Part shown: piece by piece, positions 5,405 to 15,429 of the stretch | Numbering within the stretch: the stretch's first letter is position 1 | How the letters are laid out: each line of letters opens with the position of its first letter | Source of the DNA: an uncultured Candidatus Saccharibacteria bacterium | Lineage (GTDB): Bacteria; Patescibacteriota; Minisyncoccia; Phycocordibacterales; Phycocordibacteraceae | Direction of reading: 5' to 3' | Assembly: GCA_964590505.1 (NCBI GenBank) | Contig: CAZPVV010000001.1 | Location: 1-44,727, forward strand | Length of the DNA: 44,727 nucleotides | Made by a program: the position numbers and the translations under genes | The notes under the pieces: model-generated | Told to the model about the DNA's origin: nothing | Databases searched by the model: none | The model's input: only the letters and a program-made list of their open reading frames with translations

Positions 5405-6913
5405 CTAGCGAGCAAACTCAACAACTCTGTTCTCGCGGATGATATTTACCTTGATTTCTCCAGGATACTTCAGTTCCTCCTGCACGCGGATAGCTATATC
5501 TTTAGCCATTTTGTGCATCGCAAGGTCGGTAACTTTGCCCGGATTCACAAAGATTCTAATCTCGCGTCCAGCCGAAATGGCGAAGCTCTTCTCTACACCA
5601 GGGAAGGACGCGGCAATGCGCTCAAGATCACCCAAACGCTCAAGATACCGCTCCACCGTATCGCGACGAGCACCGGGGCGCCCTGCAGATATTGCGTCCG
5701 CCACCTGAACGATCATTGACTCCGGTGTTTCATACGGATACTCCTCATGGTGCGACTGCATGGCCTGAGTAATACGCGGATCAACGCCGTATTTCTCTAG
5801 AATGCGGCGACCAATCTCAACGTGCGTACCCTGAACGTCGTGGTCAACGGCCTTGCCGATGTCGTGAAGGAGTGCGCCGGCGCGTGCAATGTCTGGGTCG
5901 GCTCCGAGTTCCTCTGCAAGCATGCCTGCGATGTGTGCCATCTCAATAGAATGCTGAAGTACGTTCTGTCCGTAGCTGGTACGGAAGTACAGGCGTCCAA
6001 GAAGAGACACCAAGCGCGGATCAAGTCCCACCACACCAACTTCGTATGCAGCTTCCTCACCCTTTTGCTTCATCATGTCGGTGACTTCTTGTTTGGTCTT
6101 CTCAACCGTCTCTTCAATCTTCGCTGGCTGAATGCGTCCGTCCTCAATCAACTTCTCAAGCGCCATCTTGGCGATGTGTCGTCGTAGTGGATCAAAGGAA
6201 GAGAGGGTAATACGATCAGGTGCGTCATCAATGATGACGTCTACACCAGTCGCGCGCTCAAAGGTCTTGATGTTGCGTCCTTCTTTGCCGATGATCTTTC
6301 CCTTAATCTCCTCAGAAGGAATAGAAACAGAAAGTGTCATCACATCAGCGTTTACGGGAGACGCCATGCGATGAATGACGGAAAGCAAAATAGAGCGTGC
6401 TTTTCCTTCAAGCTGTTTCTTGCCGTGTGCATCAAGTTTTTGTGCACGCGTCAAAAGGGCGTTCTCGTACGCTTTCTCCAAATCTTTCATAAGAAGCGCA
6501 CGACCTTCTTCTTCCGTCATATGCGCAAGTTGTGAAAGTTCTTGTCTGCGTTCACGAAGCAGGTTCTCTGCTTCTTTGCGCATGTTGCCCGCTTCAGTCT
6601 CTCGCGCTTTCACATCGTCAGCCTCTTCGCTGATGTTGCGTTCACGCTCATCAAGAAACGCTTCGCGCTTGGCGAGTCGCTCTTCTCGCTCACGAAGTGG
6701 ATCAAGGCGTTCCTCTTCAATCTCTTCAGCTTCAGCCCGAGCATTCTCCACAATTTGGTCTGCCCGCTCCTTTGCTTCAAGAAGTTTGCGCTTCACCTCA
6801 AGCTCCAAAGACCCTCTCTGACCAAGTGCGATGAGCAAACGAAGCACGTAGCCGAGTGCAATTCCCGCCATACCACTTGCTGCAAGCAGTATGAGTACTA
6901 GTTTTATAGACAT
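5405..6913 (-). CDS. rny: ribonuclease Y
   Basis: N-terminal TM, coiled coil, KH domain (GKEGRNIK) and HD domain (LLHDIGK). I trimmed the track ORF start (6979) to the Met that precedes the TM helix. Confidence 0.9.
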   Translation of the reverse strand: MSIKLVLILLAASGMAGIALGYVLRLLIALGQRGSLELEVKRKLLEAKERADQIVENARAEAEEIEEERLDPLREREERLAKREAFLDERERNISEEADDVKARETEAGNMRKEAENLLRERRQELSQLAHMTEEEGRALLMKDLEKAYENALLTRAQKLDAHGKKQLEGKARSILLSVIHRMASPVNADVMTLSVSIPSEEIKGKIIGKEGRNIKTFERATGVDVIIDDAPDRITLSSFDPLRRHIAKMALEKLIEDGRIQPAKIEETVEKTKQEVTDMMKQKGEEAAYEVGVVGLDPRLVSLLGRLYFRTSYGQNVLQHSIEMAHIAGMLAEELGADPDIARAGALLHDIGKAVDHDVQGTHVEIGRRILEKYGVDPRITQAMQSHHEEYPYETPESMIVQVADAISAGRPGARRDTVERYLERLGDLERIAASFPGVEKSFAISAGREIRIFVNPGKVTDLAMHKMAKDIAIRVQEELKYPGEIKVNIIRENRVVEFAR

Positions 6914-7027
6914 ACACGTTTCAAGCCGTCTCTGGGCATTCGTGTCCAGAGCGGAAAATAAATTCAAATAAAGACCCAAACTCCTGAGTCAAAATCGTAC
7001 CTTAGTAGAGGTGGGGAGTAAATGAAC

Positions 7028-7058
7028 GAAAAACCGCCCCTAGTGCGGGGCGGTTTTT
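7028..7058 (-). terminator. intrinsic terminator downstream of clpP
   Basis: aaaaaccgcccc tagtg cggggcggttttt. Confidence 0.7.
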
Positions 7059-7670
7059 CTACTTTGACTTGTATACCTGGTCGATGAGTCCGTACTTCTT
7101 TGCCTCTTCGGCAGTCATAAAGAAGTCGCGGTCAACATCCTTTTCAACCTTGGCAAGAGTTTGCCCTGAGGCTTTTGCGAGGATGCGGTTCAAACGGTCT
7201 CGCGTTGCAAGAATGTGGCGTGCGGTGATTTCAATGTCCGCAGCCTGACCCTGCACACCACCCCATGGCTGGTGGATCATGACTTCAGCGTTTGGAAGTG
7301 CGAAGCGCTTTCCTTTGGCGCCTGACGCAAGAATGACTGAGCCCATGGATGCCGCCATTCCCACACACACGGTGGCCACCTGTGGCTTCACGTGGTTCAT
7401 GGTGTCTACAATGGCAAGTCCCGCAGAGACCGAACCTCCAGGGCTGTTCACGTAGAGGAAGATGTCCTTCTTTGGGTCCTCTGCCTCAAGAAACAGAAGC
7501 TGAGCAACCACCAAGTTTGCGGTGTCGTCGTCAACGCCCCCAGAAAGGAACACAATACGCTCACGCAGAAGACGGGAATAAATGTCATATGCACGCTCAC
7601 CAAACTGTGACTTTTCAATCACCATAGGAACGAGCATGCTTGATTCGGGGAATTTATTTGGGTGTGCCAT
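7059..7670 (-). CDS. clpP: ATP-dependent Clp protease proteolytic subunit
   Basis: The GMAASMGS (catalytic Ser) and MIHQPWGG motifs, at 203 aa. Confidence 0.95.
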   Translation of the reverse strand: MAHPNKFPESSMLVPMVIEKSQFGERAYDIYSRLLRERIVFLSGGVDDDTANLVVAQLLFLEAEDPKKDIFLYVNSPGGSVSAGLAIVDTMNHVKPQVATVCVGMAASMGSVILASGAKGKRFALPNAEVMIHQPWGGVQGQAADIEITARHILATRDRLNRILAKASGQTLAKVEKDVDRDFFMTAEEAKKYGLIDQVYKSK

Positions 7671-7713
7671 AGTCTGCCTATAGTATCAAAACGAGCGCAT
7701 CCGCCAACTGTGG

Positions 7714-7914
7714 CTAGTATCGCTGACTTTCTATCTGTTCCTGGAGAAGTCGCTCCTCATTAATACGCTCACCCCACGCATAGAGTGCTCCGGTCACAAT
7801 CATGCCGAGCATAACTATAATCACCACAATCGTGCCCCAGGATGCGTTTCGTGCTGCGGCGTCCTGCACTTGTTGAACGCGCTCTGCGTGTTCGGGGAGA
7901 AGTATCGGTTCCAT
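7714..7914 (-). CDS. small single-TM membrane protein (66 aa)
   Basis: I trimmed the track ORF (to 7992) because its 5' part runs through the ppa terminator hairpin. A TATACT box lies 6 nt upstream of this ATG. Confidence 0.4.
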   Translation of the reverse strand: MEPILLPEHAERVQQVQDAAARNASWGTIVVIIVMLGMIVTGALYAWGERINEERLLQEQIESQRY

Positions 7915-7956
7915 AGGGAAAGTATAACGCAGACGGATGTGTTCCACACCAAAAGT

Positions 7957-7981
7957 AAAAGGCCCCATGGTGGGGCCTTTT
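7957..7981 (-). terminator. intrinsic terminator downstream of ppa
   Basis: aaaaggcccca tgg tggggcctttt. Confidence 0.7.
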
Positions 7982-7995
7982 ACGTGGAGCACAAA

Positions 7996-8514
7996 CTACT
8001 TCTTTTCTTGATAGAGCGCTACGGCGCGAGTGAATGCAGCTTCTGCCGCATCCCGGCCTTCAAACTCTCCAACCGTCACTTCCTTCTTTTGGATCTGCTT
8101 GTAGGTTGCGAAGAAGTGGGAAATCTCCTTGAGAACGTGTGGGTTTACGTCTCCCATGTCCTTCACCTCCGCAAAGCGAGGATCATCAACAGGAACGGCA
8201 ATGACTTTCTCATCAGCCTCACCCCCATCAATCATGTGCATGATGGCGACGGGACGAGCGCGCACGAGAATACCTGGCTGAAGAGGGTAGGTGGTAAGGA
8301 GCACTACATCAAGGGCGTCTCCGTCGTCCCACAGAGTCTGTGGAACAAACCCGTAATCAAACGGATAATCTTGAGCTGAGTGCATCACACGGTCAAGAGC
8401 GATGATGCCCGTCTCCTTATCAATCTCGTACTTATTCTTGGAGCCTTTGTTGATTTCAACAATAACGTTCATTTCGTCCTTCGTTCCAGGAGCGATATCG
8501 TGTAGCAAGTTCAT
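7996..8514 (-). CDS. ppa: inorganic pyrophosphatase (family I)
   Basis: YPFDYGFVPQT and DGDALDVV motifs, at 172 aa. Confidence 0.95.
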   Translation of the reverse strand: MNLLHDIAPGTKDEMNVIVEINKGSKNKYEIDKETGIIALDRVMHSAQDYPFDYGFVPQTLWDDGDALDVVLLTTYPLQPGILVRARPVAIMHMIDGGEADEKVIAVPVDDPRFAEVKDMGDVNPHVLKEISHFFATYKQIQKKEVTVGEFEGRDAAEAAFTRAVALYQEKK

Positions 8515-8526
8515 ACGGGAATTGTA

Positions 8527-9930
8527 CTACGCGGTGTCACGAGCCTCCTCGTTTTCTGCAACAGGACCATCCTCACCAAGCGTGGTTTCGTCTTCAACGG
8601 TAAGGGTGTTGTCGGTCTCTCCCTCCTCGGTCGTGATAACGGAGTCGGTTTCACCCTCATCAAGTCCAATCTCCTTTGCAGGATCATTCTCAAGGGCTTC
8701 CTCAGCTTCTTCAAGAGCGATCTCCTCTTCAGAGATACGTACTTCGCCTGGTTTAGGAACTGCGGTAACAGAAACCTCGTCACCATTGCTCTCAGCAACA
8801 GCCTCACCTCCCACTGACTTGATATCAATGTTCCAGCCGGTAAGTTTTGCAGCAAGACGTACGTTCTGACCACCGCGTCCAATCGCAAGAGACTGCTGAT
8901 CTTCAGACACCGTTACGAGTGCACGGTGCTCAGCTTCATCGAGCTCTACCTCAAGCACGGTTGCAGGAGAAAGCGCTTCCTTGATGAATGCAGACTGGTC
9001 TTCAGACCACTCAATGATGTCAATGCGCTCGCCACCAAGTGCCCCCATAACGGTAGACACGCGCACACCACGCTGGCCAACGAGTGAACCAACTGGATCA
9101 ACATGTGGATCGGTTGAAGCAATTGCAATCTTGGTGCGACTTCCAGGCTCGCGGGCAAGACCCTTCACCTCAATAGCGCCACTTGCAAGTTCGGGAGCCT
9201 CCATTTCAAACAGCTTCACGAGGAAACGTGGATGACTGCGTGAAAGACGCAGGTATACTCCGCGGAACCCTTCATCAACGGCGTAGAGATACGCCTGAAT
9301 GCGCTCGCCATTGCGGTATCGCTCTCCAGGAATCTGCTCCTCGTACGGAATGATGCCGGTAGCACGTCCAAGATCAATGAAGATTGCACCACGCTCAACG
9401 CGCTGTACGAGACCTGAAACAATTTCTCCCTTCTTGTGTCCAAACTCTTCCAAGATAGAAAGCTTCTCAGCTTCGCGAATCTTTTGGATCACCACTTGCT
9501 TTGCCGTTTGTGCGGCAATGCGACCGAAGTCGTCCTGTGGCTCAAGAGGGAAGACGATTTCTCCAGAGAGTTCTGCGTCACGCTTGATGCGCTTGGCGTC
9601 CTCTATAAGGATGTGCTTCTCCGAATCAAAGCGAGGGAGTTCGCCCTCAGGCACCTCCTCGTGCTCGTGATGTGGGTGTGGCTCAGGGATTTCCTCATCA
9701 GGTTCAGGAAAACGAACCATTGAGTCGTCCACAATAGTCTTCACCTGCTCAAAGGTCATGGTGCCTGTATTCATATCAAGCTTCGCGTGCACGATTTGTC
9801 CACGCTTTCCATACTCCTTCTTATATGCGGTGGCCATAGCAGACTCAATAGCCTCTATCATGGTCGCCTTTGAAATACCGCGCTCCTCAAACTCTCCGAG
9901 CACTAGATTGATTGTTTTTAGATCCAACAT
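8527..9930 (-). CDS. nusA: transcription termination/antitermination factor NusA with an acidic C-terminal tail
   Basis: N-terminal domain, S1 domain, two KH domains (GRGGQNVRLAAKLTGW), then a Glu/Asp-rich tail. Confidence 0.9.
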   Translation of the reverse strand: MLDLKTINLVLGEFEERGISKATMIEAIESAMATAYKKEYGKRGQIVHAKLDMNTGTMTFEQVKTIVDDSMVRFPEPDEEIPEPHPHHEHEEVPEGELPRFDSEKHILIEDAKRIKRDAELSGEIVFPLEPQDDFGRIAAQTAKQVVIQKIREAEKLSILEEFGHKKGEIVSGLVQRVERGAIFIDLGRATGIIPYEEQIPGERYRNGERIQAYLYAVDEGFRGVYLRLSRSHPRFLVKLFEMEAPELASGAIEVKGLAREPGSRTKIAIASTDPHVDPVGSLVGQRGVRVSTVMGALGGERIDIIEWSEDQSAFIKEALSPATVLEVELDEAEHRALVTVSEDQQSLAIGRGGQNVRLAAKLTGWNIDIKSVGGEAVAESNGDEVSVTAVPKPGEVRISEEEIALEEAEEALENDPAKEIGLDEGETDSVITTEEGETDNTLTVEDETTLGEDGPVAENEEARDTA

Positions 9931-9963
9931 ACCAGCCGTTATTTAGTTGTGCGCACATTTTCT

Positions 9964-9990
9964 TAAAAAGAAAGGTCCGCGGGAGCGGAC
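9964..9990 (-). terminator. terminator-like hairpin plus U-tract inside the nusA 5' leader (candidate attenuator)
   Basis: On the minus strand it reads gtccgc tccc gcggac followed by ctttcttttt, 35-60 nt upstream of the nusA ATG. There is no upstream co-directional gene for it to terminate. Confidence 0.45.
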
Positions 9991-10014
9991 ATTTCAGATA
10001 ACCAAAGGGTACCA

Positions 10015-10081
10015 TACCTATATATAGTGTCAACGAAAGGGTGTATGAGTCGTGCACGCTCCTCATACACATATATAGGTA
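10015..10081. repeat. composite inverted repeat in the nusA/pilB divergent region
   Basis: The outer arms are tacctatatat / atatataggta (11 bp). The inner stem is gtgtatgag / ctcatacac (9 bp). Confidence 0.6.
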
Positions 10082-10119
10082 CGAATGAAAGGCATGCTCT
10101 GCGTTATACTTGAGAAAGC

Positions 10120-11871
10120 ATGCAAGTTTCAGAGAGGGAACTAAAAGAATTCATTATTGATTCCGGTCTTGTTGCCCGGAAGGATGTTGATGCTGCAGAA
10201 GCAACCGGCAAGGAGCGGAACCAGTCGGTGGGTGACATTCTCGTGTCACAAGGCTCTCTCTCCGAAGACGCACTCCGCCGCATTAAGGCATACGTGCTCG
10301 GTATCCCGTTCGTTAACCTCAAAGACAAGAAGATACCGTTTGAGATTCTCTCCCTCATCCCGGAGCCAATCGCCCGCACGCACAACATCATTGCTTTCAA
10401 GAAGGATGGCGGCTCGCTTGAGGTAGCGATGCTTGATACGGAGGATATGCCGTCCATTGACTCCATGAAGAAGAAGACGGGACTTAAGATTCTTCCTCGC
10501 TTGACCGACGACGAGTCCATCAAGCACGTATTGCTCCAGTACCAGAAGTCACTCAAAGAAGAGTTTGGTGACCTGATTGCGGGGGAAGCAGGCAAGCTCG
10601 CACTTGTGAAAGAGATTGCAGGAGACGATGCGTCTCAAGAGGACCTGAAGAAAATGGCAGAGGATCTGCCGATTGTACGCATTGTAGACACGCTTCTGCG
10701 TCACGCTATTTTGCAGGACGCGTCTGATATTCATATTGAGCCTGCAGAGCACGAAGTTATCGTGCGCTATCGCATTGACGGTATCCTGCACGACGCCATG
10801 ACGCTTCCGAAGAATGCGAGTGCTGGTATTACGGCGCGCATCAAAGTGCTTGCAAACCTCAAGCTTGATGAGAAGCGTCTTCCACAAGACGGCCGATTCA
10901 AGATGGAGACCGAACGCGACAAAGTGTCGTTCCGTGTGTCACTCCTTCCGGTCTACTACGGAGAGAAAGTGGTTATGCGTCTGCTTCGCGAAACAGGGGA
11001 GGGCTTCACCCTTGAAGTACTTGGTTTTCATGGAGAGAATCTTGAGCGTATTCATCACGCAACCAAACAAACAACGGGAATTATTTTGGTATCGGGCCCT
11101 ACCGGTTCTGGAAAGACGACCACGCTCTATACGATCCTGGATATTCTGAATACGCCTGACGTAAACATTTCAACGATTGAAGACCCGATTGAGTATCAGA
11201 TGAAGCGCGTGAACCAGACACAAGTGAATCCAACAATAGGATTCACGTTTGCAAACGGTCTTCGTGCACTTCTGCGTCAGGACCCCAACATCATCATGGT
11301 GGGGGAGATTCGCGATAGCGAGACTGCGGCGCTCGCGATTAACGCGGCACTCACCGGACACATTGTGCTCTCAACTATTCACACCAACTCAGCAACGGGC
11401 GCTATTCCCCGTCTTATTGATATGGGTGTGGAGCCATTTCTCTTGGTGTCTACGCTTCGGGCTGTGGTGGGTCAACGACTGGTTCGTCGTTTGTGTGAAG
11501 ACAAGGAGCAATACGGCTTAGACAAAGTTGAACGCAACAAAGTGGCTCCGGACGAGCACTTTATGGCCGCACTTGGCGCCCTTACCGAGGAGAAACTGGT
11601 GAAGGCGGGAACCAAAGTAGACGCACTTCCTTTTTATAGACCAAAGGCGGGAGGTGATTGTGAGGAAGGATACAAAGGACGTATGGGTATACACGAAGTA
11701 CTTACGGTCTCTCCTGCAATTCGTGAACTTATTCTCCATGGCGCTTCGGGCGATCAGATAGAAGCACAAGCACGCAAAGAAGGCATGCTCACGATGCTTG
11801 AGGACGGAATCTATAAAGCATCCCGTGGCATTACGTCACTTGAAGAAGTGTTACGTTCAGTCTCGGAGTAA
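10120..11871 (+). CDS. pilB: type IV pilus assembly ATPase (GspE/PilB family)
   Basis: T2SSE N-terminal domain, Walker A GPTGSGKTTT, and a tetracysteine-region remnant, at 583 aa. Confidence 0.9.
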   Translation: MQVSERELKEFIIDSGLVARKDVDAAEATGKERNQSVGDILVSQGSLSEDALRRIKAYVLGIPFVNLKDKKIPFEILSLIPEPIARTHNIIAFKKDGGSLEVAMLDTEDMPSIDSMKKKTGLKILPRLTDDESIKHVLLQYQKSLKEEFGDLIAGEAGKLALVKEIAGDDASQEDLKKMAEDLPIVRIVDTLLRHAILQDASDIHIEPAEHEVIVRYRIDGILHDAMTLPKNASAGITARIKVLANLKLDEKRLPQDGRFKMETERDKVSFRVSLLPVYYGEKVVMRLLRETGEGFTLEVLGFHGENLERIHHATKQTTGIILVSGPTGSGKTTTLYTILDILNTPDVNISTIEDPIEYQMKRVNQTQVNPTIGFTFANGLRALLRQDPNIIMVGEIRDSETAALAINAALTGHIVLSTIHTNSATGAIPRLIDMGVEPFLLVSTLRAVVGQRLVRRLCEDKEQYGLDKVERNKVAPDEHFMAALGALTEEKLVKAGTKVDALPFYRPKAGGDCEEGYKGRMGIHEVLTVSPAIRELILHGASGDQIEAQARKEGMLTMLEDGIYKASRGITSLEEVLRSVSE

Positions 11872-11894
11872 CTCTGCGTGCTAAACTTTTTGCA

Positions 11895-13109
11895 ATGAAG
11901 TTTCGCGCGAATGTAAGAAAGGAAGACGGAACACAAGAAGAGCGCATCATTGATGCGGCAACACGCTTTGCGGTGTACGAGCAGGTTGAGAAAGAGGGAG
12001 GAGCAGTGACCGCGATTGAAGAAGCAGGTGGCGGAATTGATCTATCCAAGTTCACGAGCTTCCAGATTGGTTCAGGGGTGAAGATGCAGGAACGTATTAC
12101 GTTCACGAAGAACCTCGCCGCCATGCTCTCCGCCGGGCTTACGCTTTCTCGTGCGCTTTCGGTGATTGAACGCCAGACGACCAACAAAGCACTCAAAAAG
12201 ATTGTTATTGATTTACAGGAGCAGGTGAAGCAGGGAAGCTCATTCCATGAAGCGCTGGCGCTCCACATGAACGTGTTCTCAAAACTCTTTATTGCAATGA
12301 CCAAAGCGGGCGAGGAATCGGGCACCCTCTCTGACGCGCTTGCTACCGTTGCTCGCCAGATGGATCGCTCCTTCACGCTCCAGAAGAAGATCCAGGGAGC
12401 AATGATTTATCCTGCGGTGATTCTTGTGGCCATTGTCATCATTGGTGTGCTCATGCTCATGTTTGTGGTGCCGACACTCTCTGCAACCTTTGCGTCTCTT
12501 AATGTGGAGCTTCCGATGGCGACCAAGATCATTATCGCGGTCTCCAATTTTATGAAGGACAACGTCATTGCGACACTCTTTGTGCTCTTTGCCGTCATCG
12601 GGGGCGGCGTAGCGTTTATTAAGTCAAAGCCTGGAAGTGCACTCGTATTGTGGGCCGCACTGCGCATCCCGGTCATTGGTGAACTGGTTCGCGAGACGAT
12701 GAGTGCTCGCGCCGCACGCGCACTCTCGTCACTCCTTTCCTCTGGTGTTGAGATGTTGACGGCTATTTCTATCGCGCAAGAAGTTGTGGGGGCAAAGATG
12801 TTTGCGGACGTGCTTGAAGAGGCAGGGGTACGTGTGAAGAAAGGAGAACCTCTTTCTACCGCGTTTGCGAATCATCCTAAACTCTACCCAGTGTTTGTGG
12901 CCGACATGATTGCAGTTGGAGAAGAGACAGGAAAAGTGTCCGACATGTTGGGACAAGTCGCGCAGTACTACGAAGTTGATGTGGAAGATCGCACCAAAGA
13001 CCTCTCAACTATCATCGAGCCAGTGCTCATGCTCTTCATCGGTTTGTTTGTGGGAGTGTTCGCGGTCTCTATGATGGCACCGATCTACTCACTCTCCTCA
13101 AAGATCTAA
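11895..13109 (+). CDS. pilC: type IV pilus platform protein (GspF/PilC family)
   Basis: Two T2SSF repeats and three TM segments, at 404 aa. Confidence 0.9.
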   Translation: MKFRANVRKEDGTQEERIIDAATRFAVYEQVEKEGGAVTAIEEAGGGIDLSKFTSFQIGSGVKMQERITFTKNLAAMLSAGLTLSRALSVIERQTTNKALKKIVIDLQEQVKQGSSFHEALALHMNVFSKLFIAMTKAGEESGTLSDALATVARQMDRSFTLQKKIQGAMIYPAVILVAIVIIGVLMLMFVVPTLSATFASLNVELPMATKIIIAVSNFMKDNVIATLFVLFAVIGGGVAFIKSKPGSALVLWAALRIPVIGELVRETMSARAARALSSLLSSGVEMLTAISIAQEVVGAKMFADVLEEAGVRVKKGEPLSTAFANHPKLYPVFVADMIAVGEETGKVSDMLGQVAQYYEVDVEDRTKDLSTIIEPVLMLFIGLFVGVFAVSMMAPIYSLSSKI

Positions 13110-13135
13110 GGAGTCGTGCGTTATCATACGAAGTA

Positions 13136-14851
13136 ATGATGCGTCCGGTACGTGGAACCTCTTTAATCGATGTGGTGATCGGTTCGTTTCTGGTGCTCGT
13201 CGTGTTCCTTTCACTCTTTGGACTCTTGCGCGCGTCCCTTTTGGTGTCATCCATTGCAAAAGCACGCGCCGCAGCAACGTCTGTTGCTACAAGTCAGTTG
13301 GAGATGGTGCGCTCACTTGACTATGACGCTGTTGGAACGGTGGGCGGTATTCCTGCGGGGAGCATCCCACAAAACAGCACCACGGTTCTTGATGGATACA
13401 CCTTCAATGTTCGTACCTTTATAGGATATGTGGATGACGCGGCAGATGGTATTGGTGGATCTGATGTAACTGGTATTACCACCGACTATAAACAGGCGAA
13501 GGTCTCCGTTACGTACACGCTGAATAACAAAGCAAGAGAGGTGGCGCTCATTACAAACATCGTGCCACCCGGTCTTGAAACCACGAACGGTGGTGGAACA
13601 TTGAAGATTGATGTGGTGGGAGCAACAGGAGCTCCCGTTGCAGGAGCGACGGTTCGCGTGGTGAATACGAGTATCAGTCCGTCGGTAGATGTGACCACAT
13701 TTTCAAGCGCGCTCGGGGCGGTGTATCTTCCGGGAGCGCTTCCATCCTCTGAGTATCAGGTGACGGTCTCCAAGAGTGGATACTCAAGCGCACAAACATA
13801 CGCACGTGACGCAACGAATCAAAACCCAACTCCTGGATACCTAACGGTGGTGAAAGACCAAACGACAACAGGCACCTTTGCGATTGATACTCTTGCTTCG
13901 TTGGTTGTGCGTACATTCTCCCCAATTGAATCAGCCACCACAACGGATACGTTTGCTGATAGCTCGCTCATCGTGAGTACCGCAAACACGAGTGTGTCAG
14001 GTGGGTCGTTGGTATTAAGCGGAGCACCGGGAACGTATCCAGCAAGTGGCACTGCTCGTGCTGCCGTTGTGTCCCCAACGTATCTTGTGTCATGGGGACA
14101 CATAGATGCACACACGACACTCCCAGCACTCACGAGTGCGTCCGTGCAAGTGGTTGATGCGGCAGGCACTCTTATTCCGGATACCGACCTTCCTGGAAAC
14201 AGTGCGGGCTTCACTACATTCCCTGTTTCACTAACTGCGCTTTCAACAACAACGTATCCAACACTTGCCCTTAAGGCATCTGTCGGCACCGCTGATCCAT
14301 TGGTTACACCAAGCGTGAACGACTGGGCGATAGGGTATACACGCGGACCCGTGCCCCTTCCGAACATTGCGTTTACGGTTGAGGGCGCAAAGACTATTGG
14401 TTCCACAGGAGCAGGAGCAGCAATTTATAAAACGAGTGAGTCCTCAACAACGGGAGCTCCTGCAAGCGTGACATTACCGCTTGAGTGGGATGTGTATGCG
14501 TTTACGCTTGCTAGTCACGATGTCGTTGATGCATGTGGTGCGCCACCGTTTACTTTGGCGCCGGGAGTAACGAGCGACAATCGACTGATACTTTCCGCTC
14601 GTACTACCAACGCAATTTTGATTACCGTGAAGGACAACGCTGGAGTGGTGGTGCCGGGGGCAAGTGTCACACTCTCGCGTACCGGTTTCACTCAAACGGA
14701 AACGACCAGTGTCTGTGGCAGTGCATACTTCGGTGGGGTAACAAGTGCAAACGATTACACCGTCACCATCTCAAAGACGGGATACACTACAGAGGTCTAC
14801 ACGAATGTGCCGGTGTCAGGCCACATCTTCTATGGAACATCCTTTGATTAA
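13136..14851 (+). CDS. large pilin-like protein (571 aa) with a non-canonical prepilin N-terminus and repeated carboxypeptidase-regulatory-like beta domains
   Basis: The N-terminus is MMRPVRG/TSLIDVVIGSFLVLVVF (Asp at +5 instead of Glu). Repeated ...GATV.V.N...T....G.Y.L..L....Y.VTVSK.GY modules. Confidence 0.6.
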   Translation: MMRPVRGTSLIDVVIGSFLVLVVFLSLFGLLRASLLVSSIAKARAAATSVATSQLEMVRSLDYDAVGTVGGIPAGSIPQNSTTVLDGYTFNVRTFIGYVDDAADGIGGSDVTGITTDYKQAKVSVTYTLNNKAREVALITNIVPPGLETTNGGGTLKIDVVGATGAPVAGATVRVVNTSISPSVDVTTFSSALGAVYLPGALPSSEYQVTVSKSGYSSAQTYARDATNQNPTPGYLTVVKDQTTTGTFAIDTLASLVVRTFSPIESATTTDTFADSSLIVSTANTSVSGGSLVLSGAPGTYPASGTARAAVVSPTYLVSWGHIDAHTTLPALTSASVQVVDAAGTLIPDTDLPGNSAGFTTFPVSLTALSTTTYPTLALKASVGTADPLVTPSVNDWAIGYTRGPVPLPNIAFTVEGAKTIGSTGAGAAIYKTSESSTTGAPASVTLPLEWDVYAFTLASHDVVDACGAPPFTLAPGVTSDNRLILSARTTNAILITVKDNAGVVVPGASVTLSRTGFTQTETTSVCGSAYFGGVTSANDYTVTISKTGYTTEVYTNVPVSGHIFYGTSFD

Positions 14852-15428
14852 ACGCGGGTTTACCCTTGCTGAGATGCTGGTCGTCATTGCTATGACGGGA
14901 GTCATTGGACTTGCGATGCAATACGCCATTCAGTATTTCTATAGGGCGAATGCCTACGTGCTCCAGGGAACAGCGGCAATTAACAGTGCGCGTAATGGTG
15001 TGACGGAAACAACGTCAAACCTGCGCGAAGCAACGTATGGGGACGATGGATCGTACCCTGTATCAAATGCTGACGTGACCTCCATTACGTACTACTCAGA
15101 CGTTGATAAAGATGGAGGTGTGGAGCGGGTGCGTACCTATCTCATTGGACAGACGCTCTATCGCACGGTGACGAACGCAGGAGGTAACCCACCAAGCTAT
15201 ACCGGACAGACTCCTGCAACGACCACACTTGCAACCTATGTGAGTAACGGTGCCACACCAATCTTCCGCTACTACGACAATGCGGGAGTAGAACTGACGG
15301 GCACGATTAATCTCGCAAACATTTCCTCAATAGGGATGACCCTTATGGTAGACATCAACCCACTGCGTGCGCCTGACATCTACACCCTTACACAAAGCGC
15401 TACACTACGTAATGTCGGAAGCGAGTAA
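14832..15428 (+). CDS. type IV prepilin-type protein (198 aa)
   Basis: Canonical KRG/FTLAEMLVVIAMTGVIGL cleavage/methylation motif. I trimmed the track start; the gene overlaps the upstream one by 20 nt. Confidence 0.8.
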   Translation: MEHPLIKRGFTLAEMLVVIAMTGVIGLAMQYAIQYFYRANAYVLQGTAAINSARNGVTETTSNLREATYGDDGSYPVSNADVTSITYYSDVDKDGGVERVRTYLIGQTLYRTVTNAGGNPPSYTGQTPATTTLATYVSNGATPIFRYYDNAGVELTGTINLANISSIGMTLMVDINPLRAPDIYTLTQSATLRNVGSE

Positions 15429-15429
15429 T

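Noticed and set aside
6375-6821. A 148-aa plus-strand Ser/Arg-rich ORF, with similar cases at 10104-10595, 11831-12376 and 13819-14406.
   Set aside because: All are antisense shadows of rny, pilB, pilC and the large pilin, with biased junk-like composition.
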